A DNA stretch of 61,592 nt from an uncultured Actinomycetes bacterium (GTDB lineage Bacteria > Actinomycetota > Actinomycetes > S36-B12 > GCA-2699445), in the NCBI GenBank assembly GCA_964510455.1, contig CAZECO010000003.1, positions 1-61,592 on the forward strand, in the 5' to 3' direction. The notes under the pieces are model-generated. The model worked only from the letters and a program-made list of their open reading frames with translations, ran no database searches and was not told the DNA's origin. Each line of letters begins with the position of its first letter. The stretch's first letter is position 1. The position numbers and the translations under genes are program-made. Positions 25,862-35,919 of this stretch are shown here, piece by piece.

Positions 25862-28800
25862 TCAGTACGTCACGTCCTGCGAGCGCCGGCGGATCACGGT
25901 GATCTCGTCGCGCTGATTGCCCGTCGGACCGAGGTAGTTCATCGCGAAGGTCAGTTGCGCATAGCCCCCGATCACATGCGTCGGTTTGATCAGCAGCCGC
26001 GTCAACGAGTTGTGGATGCCGCCGCGCTTCCCGGACGTCTCAGCTTGCGGCACGTCCACCGTACGGTCCTTCGCGTGGTACATGTACACCGTCCCCGCGG
26101 GCATCCGGTGGCTGACGATCGCCCGGGCGACGACCACGCCGTTGCGGTTGTACGCCTCGATCCAATCGTTGTCCTTCACCCCGATCGCCTCAGCGTCCTG
26201 CGGGCTCATCCACAGATCCGGCCCGCCGCGGGACAGCGACAGCATGAACAGGTTGTCCTGGTACTCCGAGTGGATCGACCACTTGGAGTGCGGCGTGAGG
26301 TACCGCACGGTCACCTCGCGCCCGGCCCCGGTGCCCTGGTCGCCATACAGCCGGTGCATGTTCAGCGGCGGCCGGAAGGTGGGCAGCTGCTCGCCGACCT
26401 CGCTCATCCAGTCATGGTCGAGGAAGAAGTGCTGCCGTCCGGTGAGGGTGTGCCACGGCTTGAGGTGCTCGACGTTGATGGCGAACGCCGTGTACCGGCG
26501 GCCGCCGTGCTCGCTGCCGGACCACTCGGGGCTGGTGATCACCGGTACCGGCCGTGCCTGGGTGTCGGCGAACGTGATCCGCTTGCCCTCGTGCTCCTGC
26601 GCCAGGAACGCCATGGGCTGGCCGGTGCGCCGCTCCAGATCCTGGAAGCCCTCCACCGCGACCCGGCCGTTTGTGGTGCCGGACAGCGCCAGGATCGCCT
26701 CGCACGCCTGCACATCGGTCACCAGCGCTGGCCGCCCGGCAGCCGGGCCGGACGGGATGACGCCGTTGATCCGGGCGAGCAGGGCGACCTCGGGGGAGGT
26801 GTTGACGGCCACGGCCTTGTGGTTCGTGCCGACCGTGTCCAGCAGCGGGCCCAGTGCGGACATCTTGGCGCCGATCGCGGTGTAGTCGCGCTCGACGGGG
26901 ATGAACTTGGGCGCGGTGGCGCCGGGGATGAGGTCGACCTCGCCGGTGCGCCAGTCACGGACCACGCCGCCCGGGACGGCCATCGCGTCCGGGGTGTCAT
27001 GGGTCAACGGAATGCTCATCACGTCCTGCTCGACCCCGAGGTGCCCCTCCGCCAGCGTCGAGACCGCCCGGCCCAGGCTCTGGAAGATCTCGTAGTCGCT
27101 GCGGGTCTCCCACGGCGGGTCGATGGCCGGCGTGAAGGCGTGCACGTAGGGGTGCATGTCGGTGCTGGACAGGTCGTGCTTCTCATACCAGGTCGCCGCG
27201 GGCAGCAGGATGTCGCCGAACAGCCCGGTGGACGTCATGCGGAAATCGATGGAGACCAGCAGATCGAGCTTGCCGATCGGCTCGTCGTCGCGCCAGGTCA
27301 CGTCCTTGGGCCGCTCGGTCTCGGGCGTCTCGTCGGCGCGGACGGAGTGGTCGGTGCCCAGCAGATGCTTCAGGAAGTACTCGTTGCCCTTGCTGGAGGA
27401 GCCCAGCAGGTTTGCCCGCCAGACGGTCAGTACCCGCGGCCAGTTCTCCGGCGCGTCCGGATCCTCCACGGCGAACTTGAGATCCCCCGACTTCAACTGC
27501 TCGGTGATGTACTGCGCCACGGGTTGCCCTGCGGCCTTGGCGTCGGCCGTGATCTGCAGGGGGTTGCGATTGAAGGAGGGGAAAGACGGCATCCACCCCG
27601 AGCGGGCCGATTGCGCCAGGGTGTCCATCATGGCCATCCCCTTGAACCGACCCTCGCCCAAGGGGGACGCGAGCAGGTCCGCTCCGAGCCGGTCGTAGCG
27701 CCATTGGCTGGTGTTCACGTACCAGAAGGCTGTGCCGATCATCTGCCTGGCCGGCCGCTGCCAGTCCAGTCCGAACGCCAATTGTGCCCAGCCCGTTACC
27801 GGCCGGCACTTCTCCTGGCCGACGTAGTGGGCCCAGCCGCCGCCGTTGATGCCCTGGCAGCCGGTCAAGGTGATCATGGCCAAGAAGGTGCGGTAGATCG
27901 TGTCGGAGTGGAACCAGTGGTTGGTGCCCGCCCCGAGGATGATCATGGAGCGCCCGCCGGAGTCCTCGGCGTTCTGCGCGAACTCCCGGCCCACCCGGAT
28001 CGCCTGGGACGCCGGGACGCCGGTGATCTCCTCCTGCCAGGCGGGTGTGTACGGTGCGGGGTCGTCGTAGCCGGTCGGCCAATCGCCCGGCAGGCCGTCG
28101 CGGCCCACGCCGTACTGGGCCAGCATCAGGTCGAAGACGGTAGTCACGAGACGCTCGCCGCTGACAGTGTGGATCGGGACGGCCGGAACCCCGCGGGAGT
28201 GCACGCCGCCGCCCTCGGAGTTCTCCTGCCCGATGTCGAACCGGGGCATCAGCACCTCGAGGTTCTTCGATCCGCCAGCATGCAGCAGCGTCAGGGCCGG
28301 GTCGACCCCTTCCAGGTCGAGGTTCCACTTGCCCACCCCCGACTCGTTGAACCGGAAGCCCAGGGACCCGTTGGGAACGTGCGGCCGTCCGGCCTTGCGG
28401 TCCACCAGCACCGTCTTGAACGCCGCACCCTCGGCCGTGTCGCCCAGGTCGGCCGCAGTGAGGAACTTGTCCGCGACGTAGGCGCCGTCCTTCTCCCGCA
28501 GCGCGACCAAGAACGGCAGGTCGGAGTACTTCTTGACGTACTCGACGAACCGCGGCACCTGGCGGTCGATGTAGAACTCCTTGAGGATGACGTGCCCCAT
28601 CGCCATGCCCAGCGCACCATCGGTGCCCGGATGGGGATTGAGCCACTCGTCGGCGAACTTGGTGTTGTCCGCGTAGTCCGGCGACACCGTGACGACCTTC
28701 TGGCCCCGGTAGCGCGCTTCGGTCATGAAATGGGCATCGGGTGTGCGGGTGACCGGCACGTTCGCGCCCCACATGATCAGGTACGAGGCGTTCCACCAAT

Positions 28801-29560
28801 CGGCCGACTCCGGCACATCGGTCTGGTCGCCGAACACCTGCGGGGAAGCCACTGGAAGGTCGCAGTACCAGTCGTAGAAGCTGAGCATCGCCCCCCCCAT
28901 GAGGCTGATGAACCGGCTGCCCGCGGCGTGCGAGGCCATGGACATGGCCGGGATGGGGGAGAAGCCGAAGATCCGGTCCGGCCCGTGCTGCTTCACGGTG
29001 TGCACATGCGCGGCCGCCGCGATTTCCAGCACCTCGCCCCAGGATGCCCGCACCAGGCCACCCTTGCCCCGAGCCTTCTGGTAGCGGGCGCGGACGACTG
29101 GATCGCCGACCACCGCGGCCCAGGCGTTCACCGGGTCGGGGTGCACCCGCTTGGCCGCCCGATACGACTCGAGCAGCACGCCGCGCACGTACGGGTAGCG
29201 CACGCGGGTGGGGGAGTACGTGTACCAGGAGAAAGCCGCCCCGCGGGGGCAGCCTCGCGGCTCGTATTCGGGGGAGTCTGGGCCGACACTGGGGTAGTCG
29301 GTCTGCTGGGACTCCCAGGTGATGATCCCGTCCTTGACGTACACCTTCCAGGAGCACGAACCGGTGCAGTTGACCCCGTGCGTGGACCGCACGACCTTGT
29401 CGTGGCTCCACCGGTCGCGGTAGAACGCGTCGCCGTCGCGACCACCTACCCGGGTGACCGTCCGCTGATCGGCGGAGACCTCACCTGGGGTGAAGAACCG
29501 GCCCGCACCCACCAAGAATTCCTTCACGGCATCGGACGGGGCCTGCGGCGCGGGGCTCAT
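25862..29560 (-). CDS. narG: Respiratory nitrate reductase alpha subunit (1232 aa)
   Basis: 'DKVVRSTHGVNCTGSCSWK', 'HYVGQEK' and 'RYLTPHSKWSIHS'; GAGGAG RBS before the ATG at 29560. Confidence 0.98.
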   Translation of the reverse strand: MSPAPQAPSDAVKEFLVGAGRFFTPGEVSADQRTVTRVGGRDGDAFYRDRWSHDKVVRSTHGVNCTGSCSWKVYVKDGIITWESQQTDYPSVGPDSPEYEPRGCPRGAAFSWYTYSPTRVRYPYVRGVLLESYRAAKRVHPDPVNAWAAVVGDPVVRARYQKARGKGGLVRASWGEVLEIAAAAHVHTVKQHGPDRIFGFSPIPAMSMASHAAGSRFISLMGGAMLSFYDWYCDLPVASPQVFGDQTDVPESADWWNASYLIMWGANVPVTRTPDAHFMTEARYRGQKVVTVSPDYADNTKFADEWLNPHPGTDGALGMAMGHVILKEFYIDRQVPRFVEYVKKYSDLPFLVALREKDGAYVADKFLTAADLGDTAEGAAFKTVLVDRKAGRPHVPNGSLGFRFNESGVGKWNLDLEGVDPALTLLHAGGSKNLEVLMPRFDIGQENSEGGGVHSRGVPAVPIHTVSGERLVTTVFDLMLAQYGVGRDGLPGDWPTGYDDPAPYTPAWQEEITGVPASQAIRVGREFAQNAEDSGGRSMIILGAGTNHWFHSDTIYRTFLAMITLTGCQGINGGGWAHYVGQEKCRPVTGWAQLAFGLDWQRPARQMIGTAFWYVNTSQWRYDRLGADLLASPLGEGRFKGMAMMDTLAQSARSGWMPSFPSFNRNPLQITADAKAAGQPVAQYITEQLKSGDLKFAVEDPDAPENWPRVLTVWRANLLGSSSKGNEYFLKHLLGTDHSVRADETPETERPKDVTWRDDEPIGKLDLLVSIDFRMTSTGLFGDILLPAATWYEKHDLSSTDMHPYVHAFTPAIDPPWETRSDYEIFQSLGRAVSTLAEGHLGVEQDVMSIPLTHDTPDAMAVPGGVVRDWRTGEVDLIPGATAPKFIPVERDYTAIGAKMSALGPLLDTVGTNHKAVAVNTSPEVALLARINGVIPSGPAAGRPALVTDVQACEAILALSGTTNGRVAVEGFQDLERRTGQPMAFLAQEHEGKRITFADTQARPVPVITSPEWSGSEHGGRRYTAFAINVEHLKPWHTLTGRQHFFLDHDWMSEVGEQLPTFRPPLNMHRLYGDQGTGAGREVTVRYLTPHSKWSIHSEYQDNLFMLSLSRGGPDLWMSPQDAEAIGVKDNDWIEAYNRNGVVVARAIVSHRMPAGTVYMYHAKDRTVDVPQAETSGKRGGIHNSLTRLLIKPTHVIGGYAQLTFAMNYLGPTGNQRDEITVIRRRSQDVTY

Positions 29561-30291
29561 TCGGGACTCCTCATCGTGATCGTACGAACGGGCCGCTGAT
29601 CGCTGCGGCGCAGGTGGGCCGTGCAAACGCCCGGCCGAGGGAAGACGTCGAACCGCTCCAACTCCACCGGCTGCCCGCTGGCCTCCAGCAGTTGTAGCAG
29701 CAGGGCGGCATGGATGTCGCAGATCACGGGCCGATCCGCGACCAAGTCCGCGTAGGGGCACGACCGCAGATCGATCCGGTCGCCCAGCGGGGTGACGGTC
29801 GCCTGGAAGCCCAGGGCGGCCAGCGAATCGGCCGCCGCGAGCACGGCATCGTCCGCGCTCTGCGCGGGCCGGGGACGGTGATCCGGCTCGAGCTGCGCAG
29901 CCCAACGGCTGGCGGCTTCATGCGCAAGCGCCGCGGAGTCCGCACCCTGCAGCGCGTCCACCAGGGCGTCGGCGAGCTGCTTGCGCTGGCGCATGGCTTC
30001 GGTCTCCACCGCCCGGTACAGCCACGGCGGTCGCCCGCGGCCGACGGACCGGCCCTGCTCCCGCGTGATCCGGCCGGTTGCGAGGAGCAGGTCGAGGTGC
30101 GGACGGACGGTATTGGCGTGCAGTCCTGTCGCTGCGCAGATGCCGTCCATGGGGATCGGCGCGCCGGCCTCGGCGATCGCCCGGAAGACCGCGTCGCGTG
30201 AGGAGGACGTCTTTTCCTGGCCTCCGCTGTGGCTGATCCTGCCGAGCCGCGAAAGCGTCCTGCCGATCGCTGCGGCTGAGGCGGGGGGCAC
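29557..30291 (-). CDS. Second ArnR/SufR-like winged-HTH regulator with three C-terminal Cys
   Basis: 'GLHANTVRPHLDLL...GRGRPPWLY'; Cys spacing C-x12-C-x2-H-x28-C; stop overlaps the narG start; start codon uncertain. Confidence 0.8.
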   Translation of the reverse strand: MPPASAAAIGRTLSRLGRISHSGGQEKTSSSRDAVFRAIAEAGAPIPMDGICAATGLHANTVRPHLDLLLATGRITREQGRSVGRGRPPWLYRAVETEAMRQRKQLADALVDALQGADSAALAHEAASRWAAQLEPDHRPRPAQSADDAVLAAADSLAALGFQATVTPLGDRIDLRSCPYADLVADRPVICDIHAALLLQLLEASGQPVELERFDVFPRPGVCTAHLRRSDQRPVRTITMRSPE

Positions 30292-30651
30292 GGGACAGTT
30301 TTACCACACTGCCGGTGTGTTGATATGCACGGGGTTTATCGTTCCGTGTGACGAAATGCGGAAGCCGGTGGTGAGGATGCGGACAGCTGGCCATGTCGAA
30401 CCGCGGCTGCGCAGTGGATGCTGCGGCAGGGCGCGCCCCGGGGCGTTGATCGCAGTAATCTGCCAGCCCTGCGGTGAAACTCTGCGATTCAACCGTCGCG
30501 GTAGCGAGCCGCCGGCCCGACCCGGGCGGGCGGGCCCGCGCGGCCCGGGGCCGCAGTCCACGGAAGCGGTACCGGCCGGGCCCCCGCAGGCCGCGACGTC
30601 CAGAAAGCCGGGGCCTGACGGTCACGGATCCGTCGGGCCTATCCTGCCGAC

Positions 30652-31731
30652 GTGGACATGGAAATCTTGGGTCGCACCGAGCGCGCGGTGCGGGGGCTGA
30701 CGCCGGGCTACTTCGCGCTGGTCATGGGCACCGGCATCGTGTCCGTCGGGCTCAACCTCGAGCAGCATCGGACGGCTTCACTCGTCCTGATGTGGCTGGC
30801 ATGCGGGGCCTACGCCACGCTCATCGTGCTCAACGTGTGGCGGTTCACGGCCTTCCGGGATGCGGTGGTTGAAGACTTCCAGGACCCACGGCGAGCGTTC
30901 GGCTTCTTCACCTTCATCGCTGGGACGAACGTCATCGGCGTCCGCCTCGCGACTGAGGGCTACTACGGGGCGGCGACGCCGCTGTTCGTCGTGTCCCTGC
31001 TGCTGTGGCTTGTCCTGGGATACGTCATCCCCTGGACAGCGGTGCTCGGTCGTACGGAGCGTCCCCTGGTGGCTATGGCCAACGGCACCTGGTTCATCTG
31101 GGTGGTGGCCAGCCAGTCCGTGGCGGTGGCCGCGGCCACTCTGGAGCCGGTCACTGGATCTGGGCGTCGCGAACTGGCGATCGTGGCCGTATTCGCCTGG
31201 TCCGTGGGAGTGGTCCTCTACGGTGCGGCGGGGGTCTTCGTGGCGGCCCGGATGATGCTGTACGAATTCGGTCCTGTTGACCTCACCCCGCCCTACTGGG
31301 TTGCCATGGGTGCGTGTGCGATCACCGTGCTGGCCGGGGCGCGCATCGTTGAGATGCTAGACGCCCCGATGGTCAACGTAACCCGGGGGCTGGTCGCGGG
31401 AGTGTCTGTGATGTTCTGGTGCTTCGCCACCTGGCTCATCCCGGCGCTGGTTGCCGCTGGATGGTGGCGCCACCGGCTCCATCGGATCCCGCTGAACTAC
31501 GAGGCCACGCTGTGGAGCATCGTCTTCCCCCTCGGGATGTATGCCGCGGCCGGAATCTACATCGGACAGGCCGACGAACTGCCCGTCGTGGCGGGAATCG
31601 GAGCGGGGTGGCTGCTCCTTGTGGCATTGCCCGTCTGGCTCCTCACCTTTGCAGCCATGCTGATCCACCTGGTTCGCACTGTACTGCGCACCCCCGCGTC
31701 GACCACTAGTGTGCCGGGTCCCGCCGGGTGA
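30652..31731 (+). CDS. TDT/SLAC1-family (tellurite-resistance/C4-dicarboxylate) anion transporter
   Basis: 'LTPGYFALVMGTGIVS', 'PPYWVAMGA.AIT' and 'WSIVFPLGMYAAA'. Confidence 0.85.
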   Translation: MDMEILGRTERAVRGLTPGYFALVMGTGIVSVGLNLEQHRTASLVLMWLACGAYATLIVLNVWRFTAFRDAVVEDFQDPRRAFGFFTFIAGTNVIGVRLATEGYYGAATPLFVVSLLLWLVLGYVIPWTAVLGRTERPLVAMANGTWFIWVVASQSVAVAAATLEPVTGSGRRELAIVAVFAWSVGVVLYGAAGVFVAARMMLYEFGPVDLTPPYWVAMGACAITVLAGARIVEMLDAPMVNVTRGLVAGVSVMFWCFATWLIPALVAAGWWRHRLHRIPLNYEATLWSIVFPLGMYAAAGIYIGQADELPVVAGIGAGWLLLVALPVWLLTFAAMLIHLVRTVLRTPASTTSVPGPAG

Positions 31732-31732
31732 G

Positions 31733-32944
31733 TCAGAGCACCCGGGGTCGAATCACCAACCACGTGTAGGCCAGCGCCGCCAGCGCTGCGAACGCGAGCA
31801 GGACGAAGCCGATCGAATAATCGCCGAGCGCGCCATAAATGGCTCCCATGAGCAGCGGGGGGAAGAAGCCGCCCAGGCCCCCGGCTGCGCCGACCACCCC
31901 GGTGACCGAGCCGACCTTGTCCGGTGGCGCGAGCCGGGAGACCAGCGCGAACACTGCACCGGTGCCCAGGCCCAGGGCCGCTGCCAGTCCGAGGAAGGCG
32001 AGGGTCCCGACCGGGACCAGAGGGAATTCGAAGGAGGCAATTCCCGCCAGCACGAAGGCGAGGGTGTAGGACGCCGCGAGCACCGTGACGGGGTGGGTCC
32101 GGTCCGAGAGCCAGCCACCGACGGGTCGCATGATCACCGCGAAGACGACGAAGCCCGCGGTGCGGGTCGCGGCGTCGCCCTGGGTCAGCTCATAGGCGTT
32201 CTTGAGGTAGGTCGGCAGGTACACGCTGAAGGCCACGAATCCACCGAAGGAGACCGCGTAGAGCAGGGCCAGTTCGATGGTGGGGCGAAGCTTGAGCGTG
32301 GCCCAGGTCCGTGCGATCCAGCTCCCCTGGGCGCGCGGGCGGTCGCTGCGATCACGCAGGATCAGCCAGGCCGCGACCGCATAGATGGCCAGAAGCGCCG
32401 CCACCAGGTTGAAGGGGAATGCGGGGCCGACGGATTCGGTCAGGCGGACGGTGGTGAAGGCCGAGATGGCGGTTCCACCCATGCCCGCACCGAAGATGCC
32501 CAACGCCGTTCCCCGCCGGGCGGGTGGGAACCAGGAGTTCACGAAGGGGATGCCGATGGCGAAAGTCGTGCCACCCACTCCGAGGAAGAATCCGGCGACC
32601 AGGTATTCGGCATAGGTGGTCGCAACATTGCCCAGGTACATTACGGGCGCGATGGTGAGCACCGCCATGAGGGGGAACATGACCCTGGCTCCGAGGCGGT
32701 CGGTCAGGGCGCCTACCGGGATGCGGCCCAGCGATCCGACGATCACGGGAACCGCGATCAGTACCGACTGCTGGAAGGAGGTGAGCCCGAGCTGGTCACG
32801 CAGGGCGGGCCCGAGGGGACTGAGCAGTGCCCACGCCCAGAACGTCAGGGCGAAGCCGATGGTCGACATGGCGAGCATCGGGTTGGGTGACCTGCTCTGC
32901 TCGAGGCTCGCCGGATGCCGAGCCTCCGCCAGGTGTTCCTGCAT
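31733..32944 (-). CDS. narK: NarK/NasA-family MFS nitrate/nitrite transporter
   Basis: 'GSLGRIPVGALTDR', 'FAIGIPFVNSWFPPARRG' and 'GVVGAAGGLGGFFPP'. Confidence 0.92.
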   Translation of the reverse strand: MQEHLAEARHPASLEQSRSPNPMLAMSTIGFALTFWAWALLSPLGPALRDQLGLTSFQQSVLIAVPVIVGSLGRIPVGALTDRLGARVMFPLMAVLTIAPVMYLGNVATTYAEYLVAGFFLGVGGTTFAIGIPFVNSWFPPARRGTALGIFGAGMGGTAISAFTTVRLTESVGPAFPFNLVAALLAIYAVAAWLILRDRSDRPRAQGSWIARTWATLKLRPTIELALLYAVSFGGFVAFSVYLPTYLKNAYELTQGDAATRTAGFVVFAVIMRPVGGWLSDRTHPVTVLAASYTLAFVLAGIASFEFPLVPVGTLAFLGLAAALGLGTGAVFALVSRLAPPDKVGSVTGVVGAAGGLGGFFPPLLMGAIYGALGDYSIGFVLLAFAALAALAYTWLVIRPRVL

Positions 32945-33020
32945 CTTCTCTCCTCGTTCCCCGGAGTACTCTCCCGCACAGTACAGGGTTTGGTTACAGC
33001 TGCGACGGTAGAGACCGTGA

Positions 33021-33044
33021 TTATTATGACCTCGGCTTTAATAA
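33021..33044. promoter_or_regulatory. Perfect palindromic operator candidate TTATTA-N12-TAATAA
   Basis: Inverted repeat in the AT-rich region upstream of narK. Confidence 0.6.
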
Positions 33045-33383
33045 GATAGGCGCGTCGCAGTGAGCGACCTGCACCCCCCGGAGGCCGCACGGGCGATGCC
33101 CCTCGCCCGTACCAGTCCGGGCGTGGACCACGAATCGCCTCCCTGTTCGACGCCGAGGAAGTCCAGGAGTTCCGGGGGCCACAATGCGAGCCTCCTGGGA
33201 CGGCGCCGATCGCTCAGCAGCGGATCGCGACCGGCGTGTCGGCGGTAGTCACCACCGCCATCCCACTTGGACCCGTGCGGCGCGACAGTGGCCTCCAGCG
33301 TCCGCCGTCAGTGTTGACAGCCCCCTGAGGCTCGACCAATGTCGGGGATAGGCGTGGCGTACGAGGATCGGAAGGACCTGCCG

Positions 33384-33743
33384 ATGTCCGAGCACAAGGT
33401 ACAGGTGGGCCGCGTCTACGACGCCCGGGCCCGGGAAGACGGCACCCGCGTTCTGGTTGATCGGCTCTGGCCCCGTGGCCTGTCCAAGGCAGCGGCGGAC
33501 ATCGACGAGTGGTGCAAGGGGGTCGCACCGTCGGCAGAGCTGCGTACCTGGTACGGCCATGACCCGGAGAAGTTTGCGGAGTTCACGCGACGCTATCGAG
33601 CCGAACTCGATGATCCCGCGGCCCAGGAGGTGATCGAACACCTGCGCGCCCTGGCCCGGCAGGGCAACATCACGCTGCTGACAGGCAGCAAGGAGGTCGA
33701 CCTCAGCGACGCCGTCGTGCTGGCCGAGCTGCTGGGCGAGTGA
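33384..33743 (+). CDS. DUF488 (YeaO-like) protein
   Basis: 'RVYD...DGTRVLVDRLWPRG...APSAELRTWYGHDPEKF'. Confidence 0.9.
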   Translation: MSEHKVQVGRVYDARAREDGTRVLVDRLWPRGLSKAAADIDEWCKGVAPSAELRTWYGHDPEKFAEFTRRYRAELDDPAAQEVIEHLRALARQGNITLLTGSKEVDLSDAVVLAELLGE

Positions 33744-33908
33744 GCCTCGGACGATCACCCGCGCTGCCATTCAGGCGCCTGGAGTCAACCGGCTTGCGGT
33801 GCTGCGTTCGGTGCCGGAGGCGCCGGAGCACACCGGCCTGGTCGGGGAAGCGCTGACATTGTGGTCCTACGCGCGCCGCAATCGCGGAAGAGCGTTCCTG
33901 ATGCGCGG

Positions 33909-35081
33909 TCATCCCGGCAGTGGCAACAGGGGGACCCGCTGCCCGACCGCAGCGCCGCCCGGCGGTACCACCGCGAAACCGTCGGAGTCCGCAAGTCCTC
34001 GCAGCATCGCCGACCCCAGGTGCGCAACGGGGGTCGCGCGCCCTTCGCGGACCACGCATGCCACCAGACGGTGCTCCTGGGTAGGCGCCTTCGTGGGGTG
34101 CGTGAGTTCAACTGTCGACAGTTGCTCCGGGGGCCGGCCAAGCAGGGAGTCGATGAGCGGCGCACCCAGGGTCAGCAGCGACACGATGGCGCTCTGCGGG
34201 TTGCCGGGCAGGCCGAGCAACCACCGGGCGCCGGCATCCGTGCCGAGGTCCGCCAGGGCCATCGGATGGCCCGGCCGGACCGCGACCGAGTCGATGACGA
34301 AGGCCCCGTCCAGCGCCGCAACCGCCGGATGCAGATGGTCCACCGGGCCGGCCGCCGTGCCTCCGGTGGTGATGACCAGGTCGGCGTCCGGCCGCGCCGC
34401 GGCGATCGCTGCGATGTGCGCAGCCAGCGTGTCGGACGCCCGCGCCACCGAGACGGTGGCGACCCCCAGGCGCTCCAACCAGCCCGGCAGCTGCGGCCCG
34501 AGGGAATCGCGGACCTGGCCCGTGCCAGCGACACCCGATTCGGTCAGCTCGTCGCCGAACAGCACGATCGCAGCGCGCACCCGTTGTCGAACCTCGATCG
34601 CATCGAGACCCGCGGCGGCGAACATGCCGAGGTGGGCGGGAGTGAGGGTTGTGCCTGCGCCCGCAAGCACATCGCCTGCCCGGCATTCCTCGCCGCGAGG
34701 GCGGATGTCGGTCCCCACTGCCGGCGCGGGGGCGGATACCGATCCGTCCGCGAGCGAGCCGTCCTCCCGCCGCACCACTGCGGTCGCCCCGTCGGGCACA
34801 GCCGCACCGGTGGCGATGACACACGCTTCGCCCGGACGCAGCAGGACATCGGGTGCGCGGCCCGCTAGCACCGTGCCGATCAGCCGCCAGGGTCCAGGTC
34901 CGGCGACCGCCCAGCCGTCCATCGCCGAGGTGGGATACGCGGGCAGGTCGGTCAAGGCGCGGGCGGCCGCTGCCAGCACCGTCCGGTCGGCCACGGTGAG
35001 AGGGACCGTCTGCGCCGACAGCACGGTGCCGCACGCCGCAGCCCGGCGGGCGCTATACCAATCGGGCTCGTGCAGGGTCAT
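33909..35081 (-). CDS. moeA: Molybdopterin molybdotransferase
   Basis: 'SAMDGWAV', 'IATGAAVP', 'LVITTGGTAAG..D', 'VRPGHP' and 'LPGNPQSA'. Confidence 0.93.
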   Translation of the reverse strand: MTLHEPDWYSARRAAACGTVLSAQTVPLTVADRTVLAAAARALTDLPAYPTSAMDGWAVAGPGPWRLIGTVLAGRAPDVLLRPGEACVIATGAAVPDGATAVVRREDGSLADGSVSAPAPAVGTDIRPRGEECRAGDVLAGAGTTLTPAHLGMFAAAGLDAIEVRQRVRAAIVLFGDELTESGVAGTGQVRDSLGPQLPGWLERLGVATVSVARASDTLAAHIAAIAAARPDADLVITTGGTAAGPVDHLHPAVAALDGAFVIDSVAVRPGHPMALADLGTDAGARWLLGLPGNPQSAIVSLLTLGAPLIDSLLGRPPEQLSTVELTHPTKAPTQEHRLVACVVREGRATPVAHLGSAMLRGLADSDGFAVVPPGGAAVGQRVPLLPLPG

Positions 35082-35088
35082 GGGAGCG

Positions 35089-35889
35089 CTATTCGTCGGC
35101 GATCCAGCCGGACGCCAAGTCACGGATCTTGTCCGCCGCCTCGTGCAGCGGCATCCCCGATCCCACGGCGAGGCCGAGCAGGTAGGTCGTCACGGGCGCC
35201 GCGGGGCGCTGAACATTATGGGCGACATCCTTGGCCACATCGAGGACGACGTCGACGTCGAGTTCCCCTGTCATGTTGAGGTCGAGACGTACCGCGTCGA
35301 TCCAGCCCTGCATCATCACTGCTCCTCGTGCCCTGGCCAGATCGGCCGGAGTATCGACATCCATCGTCGGGTCAACGGTAGTCGTGCGCGGTTTGTAGCG
35401 AACGCTGTGGAGGTTCCGGACCAGTCGGCGCATGGCGACGCCGTCGGGATCGCCGAGTTCTGTGACAGATGCGCGCAGCGACGCGGTGCGGTAGGCGGCG
35501 CACACCGGCTGCTCCCGCCCCGTTGAGTCGGTCGCCAGCACCGCATCGGCACCGGAATCGGCCAGCCGGTGCACGAGCCGCTCGGGGAGATCGCCGAGGA
35601 AAGGCAGATCCGTGGCGAGCAGCGCCAGCAGGTCCGTCGCGACGTGGGGCAGGGCCGCCGCCAGTCCGGCGACCGGTCCGCCGCCGGGCGGTTCCTCGCG
35701 GGTCAGCACGACCGGTCGCGCGAAGTCGACCGCGGGAGCCGGGCCGACGATCACGATCGGCACCGCGCCCGGGATCGCCGCGACGACCCGCTCGACCATT
35801 GCGGCGCCACCGATTGTCGCGTGCGCCTTGTCCCGGCCCATGCGGACGCTGCGACCCCCGGTGAGGATCACGGCGGTCCAGGCAGTCAC
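35089..35889 (-). CDS. mobA: Molybdenum cofactor guanylyltransferase fused to DUF6457
   Basis: 'ILTGGRSVRMGRDKA', 'GPVAGL' and 'ATDLP'; C-terminal 'VLDVAKDVAHNVQRPAAPVTTYLLG'. Confidence 0.88.
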   Translation of the reverse strand: MTAWTAVILTGGRSVRMGRDKAHATIGGAAMVERVVAAIPGAVPIVIVGPAPAVDFARPVVLTREEPPGGGPVAGLAAALPHVATDLLALLATDLPFLGDLPERLVHRLADSGADAVLATDSTGREQPVCAAYRTASLRASVTELGDPDGVAMRRLVRNLHSVRYKPRTTTVDPTMDVDTPADLARARGAVMMQGWIDAVRLDLNMTGELDVDVVLDVAKDVAHNVQRPAAPVTTYLLGLAVGSGMPLHEAADKIRDLASGWIADE

Positions 35890-35919
35890 AGGCCCGACAA
35901 TAGGCCAGCGGCGGAGGTG

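Noticed and set aside
25571-29599. 1342-aa plus-strand ORF and other long antisense ORFs (e.g. 23980-25749, 6506-7813, 52067-53932)
   Set aside because: These are shadow ORFs opposite well-supported genes, as expected from high-GC codon bias.
30301-30324. Full fourth operator copy
   Set aside because: The left half TTACCA fits but the right half GTTGAT does not, so it is mentioned only as a weak half-site.
30330-30650. Moco or other riboswitch upstream of the TDT transporter
   Set aside because: It contains GC-rich hairpins but no recognisable consensus; an Infernal/Rfam scan would be needed.
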